DNA of 64,000 nucleotides from Bugula neritina (Eukaryota > Animalia > Bryozoa). Shown in pieces: positions 39,564-51,500 of the stretch. Made by a program: the position numbers and the translations under genes. The stretch covers positions 17,266,633 to 17,330,632 of the forward strand of contig OZ037769.1 in the NCBI GenBank assembly GCA_964035545.1, in the 5' to 3' direction. Position 1 is the first letter of the stretch, and each line of letters begins with the position of its first letter. The notes under the pieces are model-generated. The model saw only the letters and a list, made by a program, of their open reading frames with translations, was not told the origin of the DNA and made no database searches.

Positions 39564-42500
39564 ATGGGTCAACGTAAATCTGTCCCTCAACCTCCACGTC
39601 AGTCTGTGATAAGTTAGTAAACCATATGAATACAAATACTGCAACTAGTGACTATAACAGAAATTATATAATTTTATGTTCTGAAAATAAGGTGCAGTAG
39701 CAGAGAAACTGAGATAGCCTAAGTTCTTTAAGTTTTCTAACAAATTTTGAGTTAAGGTGCAGGTAAAAATTATCATCAAAACATAACTTCTTTGCTACAT
39801 TTCTGACCTAGAAACACAGGTATTTTTCACTTGTTTCATTATGGTACACCTACCTCTGTTTTGACCACAGCTGAGTATATTACATTGCTTGTGTTTATTA
39901 TATAATGTTATATACTGAGTATAATATATATATAGCTATTATATACTGACTTATATTATACTATTCTATAACTATTAGACTAACCTATGTCATATTATAT
40001 TATATAGTATATTATATTAAATTATATTATAGCCTACTATATGACCAATTATAATATATCATAACGCATGCTGCGTACAATACCAAAGTTAATTACTTCA
40101 ATACTGTATAGAGTGTTGAGACATATACTCTGTTATTTGATATCAATGTTATTATTCATATAGTGGTGAATATTTTGTAGAAAGGTACAAGGTGTGGTTC
40201 AACATATCCAGTATAGATGGAGCTGATTATAAGTGGATGAAGAATGATACTACACACTACACTATAGAAGAGATCAAGAAGAGAACTAGACATCATACAG
40301 TGACTCATGTTACACTGGAGGATGACATCCCTCCAAATATGAACACACTGTTTCCTCATCTCACACACCTGAGTGTAGAAGGAGTAAATAGTAGTGCTGA
40401 CTGGACCAGGTATACTAGTGTTATAATATAAAACTATATATTCAATAAGTGACATATTATCTTGTAGTAGAATGTGGAGTAATCTCCCCTCACAATAACA
40501 CTACCTTTAGTAACAACTGTTGTATTATTTACCTGGTTTATTGTATTTCTATTTATTATTCAATGTAATGTGAGTGAATCTCATTCAAACTAATATGTGA
40601 TAATTATATAGAGTTGAATACTGTCACATACCTGTGTGTTATGTTACAGCATATCTTCGCTGAAGAATCTTGAGGTATTGGATATATCAGATAATTACCT
40701 ATCTGAAGGTCAACCTGACAATATATTCACATCCTTACTATCATTGAGAGAGTTGAACATGAGGAACTGTGGACTACCAACTCTACCAAACAGGTGTGTA
40801 TTATATTATAGTGTAGAATGGTACTGCAATAATCATAAGTTATAAATATACTATAAATAGGTAGGAGTTGTATAGTATTTTTTGATATACAATATTTCAC
40901 ACCTGCATAATATGCTACAGCATATCTTCACTGAAGAATCTTGAGGTATTGGATATATCGTGGAGTAAGCTATCTGAAGGTCTACCTGACAATATATTCA
41001 CATCCTTACTATCATTGAGAAAGTTGAACATGAGTTACTGTAACCTACCAACTCTACCAAACAGGTGTGTATTATATTATATTGTATAATGGTACTGCAA
41101 TAAGCATAAGTTATAAATATATTATAGATATGATTAGGTAGAGGTTGTATGGTATTTTTAATATACAGCATTTCACACCTGTATGTTATGTTACAGCATA
41201 TCTTCACTGAAGAATCTTGAGGTATTGGATATATCAGATAATAACCTATATGAAGGTCTACCTGACAATATATTCACATCCTTACTATCATTGAGAGAGT
41301 TGGACATGAGTTACTGTAACCTACCAACTCTACCAAACAGGTGTGTATTATATTATATTGTATAATGGTACTGCAATAAGCATAAGTTATAAATATATTA
41401 TAGATATGATTAGGTAGAGGTTGTATGGTATTTTTAATATACAGCATTTCACACCTGTATGTTATGTTACAGCATATCTTCACTGAAGAATCTTGAGGTA
41501 TTGGATATATCAGATAATAACCTATATGAAGGTCTACCTGACAATTTATTCACATCCTTACTATCATTGAGAGAGTTGAACATGAGGGACTGTAAACTAC
41601 CAACTCTACCAAACAGGTGTGTATTATATTATAGTGTAGAATGGTACTGTAATAAGTATAAATTATAAATATAATATAGATATGATTAGGTAGAAGTGTA
41701 TGGTATTTTTTGATATACAACATTTTACACCTGTGTGTTATGTTACAGCATATCTTCACTGAAGAATCTTGAGGTATTGTATATATCAGTGAATAACCTA
41801 TCTGAAGGTCTACCTGACAATATATTCACATCCTTACTATCATTGAGAGAGTTGAACATGAGTCACTGTGAACTACCAACTCTACCAAACAGGTGTGTAT
41901 TAAATTATAGTGTAGAATGGTACTGCAATAATCATAAGTTATAAATATACTATAAATAGGTAGGAGTTGTATAGTATTTTTTGATATACAATATTTCACA
42001 CCTGCGTAATATGCTACAGCATATCTTCACTGAAGAATCTTGAGGTATTGTATATATCATGGAATAAGCTATCTGAAGGTCTACCTGACAATATATTCAC
42101 ATCCTTACTATCATTGAGAGAGTTGTACATGAGTTGGTGTAAACTACCAACTCTACCAAACAGGTGTGTATTATATTATACATTATGAAGTTGTCTGCAC
42201 TATCTTTATTGAGTCAACTAGACTCTGTGTATACGACACGTCATAAGACAACTACTCTATTCAATCAGATATACTCAGATAGATATGGTATGACAACTTC
42301 TCACTTATTACTCTAATAAATTTATTGACAAATAAATTGTTTTGCTACAAAATGAAAGTATATTGAGACTTAGCTGAGAGTTGTATATTGTAACTTGTAT
42401 AATTTTTAAGGAAGTTAATGAATAGAAGACAACTAACAAAATATTCATTTTTAGCTGTACTTAATTATGAAACTCTCACTGATTTATTATACTGAGATAT

Positions 42501-45500
42501 ATTATAATGTTATACTGAGATATAATAGTATACTATACTGAGATATATTATAATACTATACTGAGATATATTATAATATTATACTGAGATATATTATATT
42601 ACTATACTGAGATATATTATAATACTATACTGAGATATATTATAATATTATACTGAGATATATTATAATATTATACTGAGATATATTATAATATTATACT
42701 GAGATATATTATAATGCTATACTGAGATATATTATAATATTATACTGAGATATATTACAATATTATACTGAGAAATATTATAATACTATACTGAGATATA
42801 TATAATGTTATACTGAGATATATTGTAATGTTATACTAAGATATATTACAATATTATACTGAGATATATTATAATACTATACTGAGATATAATATAATGT
42901 TATACTGAGATATAATATAATACTATACTGAGATATATTATAATGTTATACTGAGATATATTGTAATGTTATACTAAGATATATTACAATATTATACTGA
43001 GATATATTATAATACTATACTGAGATATATTATAGTGTTATACTGAGATATATTATAATATTATACTGAGATATAATATAATATTATACTGAGATATATT
43101 ATAATATTATACTGAGATATATTATAATATTATACTGAGATATATTATAATATTATACTGAGATATATTATAATATTATACTGAGATATATTATAATGTT
43201 ATACTGAGATATATTATAATATTATACTGAGATATATTATAATGTTATACTGAGATATATTATAATACTATACTGAGTTATATTATAATGTTATGCTGAG
43301 ATATTATATAATTTATCTGTATGATATAATATATGTTAAAGCATATCTTCACTGAAGAATCTTGAGGTATTGGATATATCAATGAATAACCTATCTGAAG
43401 GTCTACCTGAAAATATATTCACATCCTTACTATCATTGAGAAGGTTGAACATGGCGGGCTGTGAACTACCAACTCTACCAAACAGGTGTGTATTATATTA
43501 TACATTACGAAGTTGTCTGCACTATCTTTATTGAGTCAACTAGACTCTGTGTATACGACACGTCATAATAAGACAACTACTCTATTCTATCAGATATACT
43601 CAGATAGAAATGGTATGACAACTTCTCGCATATTATTCTAAAAAATTCATTGACAATTAAATTGTTTTGCTACAAAATGAACTCTATTGAGACTTATCTG
43701 AGAGTTGTATATTGTAACGTGTAATTTTTAGAGAAGCTAATGAATATCGAAGACAACTAACAAAATATTCATTTTTAATTATGAAACTCTCACAGATTTA
43801 TTATACTGAGATATATTATAATATTATACTGAGATATATTATAATATTATACTGCGACATATATTATAATATTATACTGAGATATATTATAATATTATAC
43901 TGAGATATATTATAATATTATACTGAGATATATTATAATATTATACTGAGATATATTATAATGTTATACTGAGATATATTACAATGTTATACTGAGATAT
44001 ATTATAATGTTATACTGAGATATATTATAATATTATACTGAGATATATTATAATATTATACTGCGACATATATTATAATATTATACTGAGATATATTATA
44101 ATATTATACTGAGATATATTATAATACTATACTGAGATATATTATAATACTATACTGAGATATATTATAATGTTATACTGAGATATATTATAATATTATA
44201 CTGAGATATATTATAATATTATACTGAGATATAATATAATATTCTACTGAGATATATTATAATATTATACTGAGATATATTATAATGCTATACTGAGATA
44301 TATTATAATATTATACTGAGATATATTACAATATTATACTGAGAAATATTATAATACTATACTGAGATATATATAATGTTATACTGAGATATATTGTAAT
44401 GTTATACTAAGATATATTACAATATTATACTGAGATATATTATAATACTATACTGAGATATAATATAATGTTATACTGAGATATAATATAATACTATACT
44501 GAGATATATTATAATGTTATACTGAGATATATTGTAATGTTATACTAAGATATATTACAATATTATACTGAGATATATTATAATACTATACTGAGATATA
44601 TTATAGTGTTATACTGAGATATATTATAATATTATACTGAGATATAATATAATATTATACTGAGATATATTATAATATTATACTGAGATATATTATAATA
44701 TTATACTGAGATATATTATAATATTATACTGAGATATATTATAGTGTTATACTGAAATATATTATAATATTATACTGAGATATAATATAATATTATACTG
44801 AGATATATTATAATATTATACTGAGATATATTATAATATTATACTGAGATATATTATAATATTATACTGAGATATATTATAATATTATACTGAGATATAT
44901 TATAATGTTATACTGAGATATATTATAATATTATACTGAGATATATTATAATGTTATACTGAGATATATTATAATACTATACTGAGATATATTATAATGT
45001 TATACTGAGATATAATATAATATTATACTGAGATATATTATAATGTTATACTGAGATATATTATAATACTATACTGAGTTATATTATAATGTTATGCTGA
45101 GATATTATATAATTTATCTGTATGATATAATATATGTTATAGCATATCTTCACTGAAGAATCTTGAGGTATTGAATATATCATATAATAACCTATCTGAA
45201 GGTCTACCTGAAAATATATTCACATCCTTACTATCATTGAGAAGGTTGAACATGGCGGGCTGTGAACTACCAACTCTACCAAACAGGTGTGTATTATATT
45301 ATACATTACGAAGTTGTCTGCACTATCTTTATTGAGTCAACTAGACTCTGTGTATACGACACGTCATAATAAGACAACTACTCTATTCTATCAGATGTAC
45401 TCAGATAGAAATGGTATGACAACTTCTCGCATATTATTCTAAAAAATTCATTGACAATTAAATTGTTTTGCTACAAAATGAACTCTATTGAGACTTATCT

Positions 45501-48500
45501 GAGAGTTGTATATTGTAACGTGTAATTTTTAGAGAAGCTAATGAATATCGAAGACAACTAACAAAATATTCATTTTTAATTATGAAACTCTCACAGATTT
45601 ATTATACTGAGATATATTATAATATTATACTGAGATATATTATAATATTATACTGCGACATATATTATAATATTATACTGAGATATATTATAATATTATA
45701 CTGAGATATATTATAATATTATACTGAGATATATTATAATATTATACTGAGATATATTATAATGTTATACTGAGATATATTACAATGTTATACTGAGATA
45801 TATTATAATATTATACTGAGATATATTATAATACTATACTGAGATATATTATAATACTATACTGAGATATATTATAATGTTATACTGAGATATATTATAA
45901 TATTATACTGAGATATATTATAATATTATACTGAGATATAATATAATATTATACTGAGATATATTATAATATTATACTGAGATATATTATAATGCTATAC
46001 TGAGATATATTATAATATTATACTGAGATATATTACAATATTATACTGAGAAATATTATAATACTATACTGAGATATATATAATGTTATACTGAGATATA
46101 TTGTAATGTTATACTAAGATATATTACAATATTATACTGAGATATATTATAATACTATACTGAGATATAATATAATGTTATACTGAGATATAATATAATA
46201 CTATACTGAGATATATTATAATGTTATACTGAGATATATTGTAATGTTATACTAAGATATATTACAATATTATACTGAGATATATTATAATACTATACTG
46301 AGATATATTATAGTGTTATACTGAGATATATTATAATATTATACTGAGATATAATATAATATTATACTGAGATATATTATAATATTATACTGAGATATAT
46401 TATAATATTATACTGAGATATATTATAATATTATACTGAGATATATTATAGTGTTATACTGAGATATATTATAATATTATACTGAGATATAATATAATAT
46501 TATACTGAGATATATTATAATATTATACTGAGATATATTATAATATTATACTGAGATATATTATAATATTATACTGAGATATATTATAATATTATACTGA
46601 GATATATTATAATGTTATACTGAGATATATTATAATATTATACTGAGATATATTATAATGTTATACTGAGATATATTATAATACTATACTGAGATATATT
46701 ATAATGTTATACTGAGATATAATATAATATTATACTGAGATATATTATAATGTTATACTGAGATATATTATAATACTATACTGAGTTATATTATAATGTT
46801 ATGCTGAGATATTATATAATTTATCTGTATGATATAATATATGTTATAGCATATCTTCACTGAAGAATCTTGAGGTATTGAATATATCATATAATAACCT
46901 ATCTGAAGGTCTACCTGACAATATATTCACATCCTTACTATCATTGAGAGAGTTGTACATGGAGAGATGTAAACTACCAACTCTACCAAACAGGTGTGTA
47001 TTATATTATACATTATGAAGTTGTCTGCACTATCTTTATTGAGTCAACTAGACTCTGTGTATACGACAAGTCATAATACAACTACTCTATTCTATCAGAT
47101 ATACTCAGATAGAAATGGTATGACAACTTCTCACTTATTGCTCTAATAAATTTATTGATAATTAGATTGTTTTGCTACGAAATGAAATCTATTGAGACTT
47201 AGCTGAGAGTTGTATATTGTAACGTGTAATTTTTAGAGAAGTTGATGAATAGAAGACAACTAACAAAATTATCATTTTCAGCTGTAATTGTGAAATTCTT
47301 ACTGATTGTTACACTGAGTTATAATATAGAAATTATACTGAGATATATTATAATATTTACTGAGATATATTATAATATTATACTGAGATATAATGTAATG
47401 TTATACTGAGATATATTATAATGTTATACTGAGATATATTATAATATTATACTGAGATATATTATAATATTATACTGAGATATATTATAATATTATACTG
47501 AGATATAATATAATACTATACTGAGATATAATGGTAGTCAATCAACTGTTACCTAGTGATGCATTGTATCATTTACCTGCTCTTTTGCATCAAATAACTG
47601 GGAGGATAACTCCTAAAATATCTATAAATTTTATACAATACTTTGCACAATCTTACATATATGTATTATAATTATTAATTGTATTATGGAACTCCAATGT
47701 TTATTTTTGTGCAAACCCCATTTTTGTAACCTCAAATATATTATTTTATTTTTATTAGCATGCAGAGTCTACAGAAGTTAGAGAAACTGAACATATCAAG
47801 GAACAAGTCCACCAGTTTACCATCTATTGTGTACACACTGAGCAGTCTGCAAGAACTGAATATATGTAATAATAAATCCCTGACATCATTAGATCCTGAG
47901 ATACTACAGCTAACTCAACTTCATACACTGGAGGTCTGGGGTTGTGATGCTCTCACATCTCCTCCACTAGAAGTATGTAAGAGAGGACTAGATGCTCTGA
48001 GACAATACTACACAGACTTGGCTAAAGGTGCTGGTAAAAGTCTACCATTTGCTACTGTAGCTGTGCTGGGTAATACGATGGCCGGGAAGACCAGTCTAAT
48101 CAGAACATTACAGAGTGCTGACAGAAAGAGAGTTCTGACCAACAGAGGGCCAGATGCTGTGAGAGATGAGACAACAAAGGTGTTTAATGTTGAAGAGGTG
48201 GAGGTGGATGGTACAGTACTCCGTGTCATTGATATGGGAGGCCAGGAGGTCTACCATATCACCTATCAACTGACACTGAGACAGAACTGTATTCCAGTCA
48301 TAGTAGTCAACATGGAGCAGTATGATAAGATTTCAAGTGAATCAACCCACAGAGAAGCTGTTAGAAGATTAGCCTTTGATTACATGTCCCACCTCTACCT
48401 GGCTAACCCAACTCTGGGTCCACCAAAACTTATCTTCACCCATGAAGATAAGTTTCAACGTACGGAATTTCAGAAGCTTCGAAAAACCTTTCTAGAAACT

Positions 48501-51500
48501 TCCAATCAACTGTGTGAGGAGATGATTAGAGAAGAGAAAGCGTTGGGTGGAGAATTTGCTCGAATCAAATATTTCAGTGAATCAACTGATGGCGTCTTTC
48601 TTGGTGAGGACATTTTTGAGCTGGGAAAGGATGACAAGTATGAAGTGTTTGACCTGATCAAAGAGTCTCTTCTTCAAAGCAGTCAAAATTTTGTGAAACC
48701 TTTACCTCTGGTCTGGGAGGAAGTGAATGAAAAAGTTCTGTCTATTCCCTCTGTGTACAGCACCTTTGATGAGACACTGAAATACATACAAACAGAACTT
48801 CAACACATTGAGTCAAGTCAGCTGGACATAATCCTCACATACATGCATGACTGCGGCAAAGTCTTGTGGTATAAAGATATCAGCTCTCTCCGGCCATACG
48901 TATTCCACAAGATTTCAGAAGTCACCAAACTCCTCTGTGTCTTGTATCATCATGATCCTAAGATCTGGCAGAGTAGAGTTGACCAGTTCCAGCCATACTA
49001 TTCGCAGACTGAACTACGTGTCGAAAAGCAGGACTTTGAGAAATCCGTCAATGATTTCACTGACACTGGTTTGATGATGCCGTCCCTTCTTTTTTATTTC
49101 GTTGAAAAAGAGACATCATTCAGTAGCTCTAAGGACGTTGAAGTTGCCGTCTGCTTACTCCAGACGTTTCGTTTGCTGCACGGTCCAATACATAGCGAGT
49201 CTGAAGAGCCATGGTTCATTGTACCTCAGTTTGCTAAAAACTACTACAGCACCTCCTATTCCTCACCCAAAGACATACGTCTTCAGGTGGAGACACAGTT
49301 CAATGGTCTAGCCCTGCCACAATATGTCTACCACCAGATGACGGTCGGTTTGTTGGAATCGTTCCCAGATGAGTTTGCTGTGATGGAAGTGAAGAGAAAC
49401 GGAGCCAATGTCTATCAAGATGAAATCCACACACAGCTGGTACATGATTGCAAATCTAGAAAAGTGTCACTTCACGTGTCATCCAATGCTGCCAACATCA
49501 GCAAAGTGTGGGAGAGACTCATCACCACCAACAACAACATCCTTAGACATGTTCTAGAAACCTGGACAGCAAGTAGAGCAGTCACTACATGCTACTGTGC
49601 TCACTGCCTTCTGCTAGGACTTCCTTGTCCTAAGAAAGTACTCCATCCTCCATGGTGTCTTCGCTCCTTGAAACATCCCACACCAAATCCCAGACTGTGT
49701 AGTGGATCTTCAACAACTCTGTGTGGCAGTGAGGAGATACCGAGTGCTTTTCTCTATCCATGTATGTTTGGTTACATTATGGTGCAGTGTGTGTAATAAC
49801 TTTTATTTCTTTCTAATTTACCACATTATTTAGATATGAACTGAGTCAATCCTCCCCATTCCTTGGTATAATTGGGGTAAGAAAAATATAGTGAGTTGGA
49901 ATTATTTATTATATTTTTAAGTATTTCAACTTTTCAGGTGAAACATTGTCTAAGAAAGAAGCTGATAAGTTGGAGAAGTTTGGGAAGGAACTGAATCTTC
50001 GAGGAGCTCAAAGAAGAGTAACTAATTCTGGTAAACACGGAGTTACCAGTTTGTGCAAGCGTGTGTTCTTTTTATGTTAATCAAGTTCAACTTGAGCCGT
50101 GAATGATTCTACTGCGTTTTATTTCATACCATGTCAACAGTTTCTTAGGAATGTGTATCATTTAAAAATTGAACTTTATTTTGCAAGTTAATGAAAGCGT
50201 TTAACTTTACATGGTGAAGCAATGAACGTATATTACTGAGTTACAGCTCAGTACTACTTTGCCGATCTTTGTATTTCTTACTTATTCTGTGATGTGATAT
50301 GAGTCTGTACTTTATAGCTGCTAACAGTAGCCAATCAGATCTCCTGACCTCCGCGATAACAGCCAATGACGATCTCAGTGATCTCTCTGATGACGATGAG
50401 AATCTGTACCCTGATAGAGAGGAAGTTGAAAATATGAAGTTTATAAGACTCAGACTGAATCCCACCAGTAACCCAAAGATAAGACAGCTGTTCTCAAACA
50501 CTGACAAGGTGATCACTTCTAATGGCTATGTCCTTTATTCTTGCCAGTTGTTTAGTTCAGCAGTGACACGTATTTCTCTGTTACATTCAGGTGTTTACTA
50601 TGACTAGAAAAAGAGGAAGAGCTCTGATAATAAACAACATGAACTTTGAGAAGAGACCAGATTTGTGTAGGACAGGTTCAGATGTGGATGTAGAGAATTT
50701 GTCTGCCCTGTTGAAAACTCTCAAGTTTGATGTTGTGACACACGCAGACCTGAAAGCTGAGGTACGTTTTGTTGCTGTTTACTTATCAAGTTAAAAACCT
50801 ACTTCTCTGTTAGTATACAATATCTATATTTATACAGAATACGTTGCAAGGGTTTACAGGTCTTACAGTTTTCATGGACTTTAAATAAAAATTCAATTTA
50901 ACATAAGACTTCCTCCTTCCCAATTTCATTATTTTACTTCCTGTTGTAGGAGATGCTGTCTGCTGTGAAATCTGAGGTGAAAAAAGAGGAACACGAAGAT
51001 CTGGGATGTCATGTGTTGGTTATCATGACTCATGGAGGGCTGAACAACCACATCTTGGGTACAGACCTGAAACGAGTCAAATTAACAGATGTGTATGACC
51101 TTCTGACCCCTTTGAACTTCCCTGGAATGGCTGGCAAACCAAAGGTTGTTATACTGGAAGTCTGTAGTGGAGGTAATCAATTTATAAAACATTTCTGGTC
51201 AGTGCAGAGTTGTGTTCTCTTGAATGTTAAGTATTTGGTAGAGTGTGTTAACTTACAACTAATTTCACAATTATGTAGAATAATTCTTACATATTTAACC
51301 TTGTTTGTGTTCATTATATGAAGTGAATATAAATGTTTTTATATCGCTCACAGAGAGAAGTGACTATGGCCAAAGAGGTATAGACAGATTTGATATCGGA
51401 GAATCACAGAAGGAGGGGGAGAGTATCTCACCTCCACTTGCTAAAGTTCCAGGAGACAAAAATGCTGAGGCTATGAATAGACTGAACTATGATGACCTGC

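Noticed and set aside
40998-41759. Three repeated minus-strand 69-aa ORFs (MKICCNIT...)
   Set aside because: Antisense shadows of the duplicated LRR exon-intron units.
40650-46993. RAG/RSS-type somatic recombination signals around the LRR cassettes
   Set aside because: No heptamer/nonamer pairs were seen. The cassettes are ordinary spliceable exons, so somatic rearrangement is unsupported by sequence alone.
47760-49796. Calling the Roco ORF LRRK2, DAPK1 or an MFHAS1 orthologue
   Set aside because: There is no kinase domain and the C-terminal caspase differs from MFHAS1. Orthology cannot be shown without a phylogeny, so no gene symbol is given.
50398-50415. ENLYPD resembling the TEV protease site ENLYFQ (viral-protease tripwire idea)
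   Set aside because: P2 and P1 do not match and a four-residue match is expected by chance; no support.
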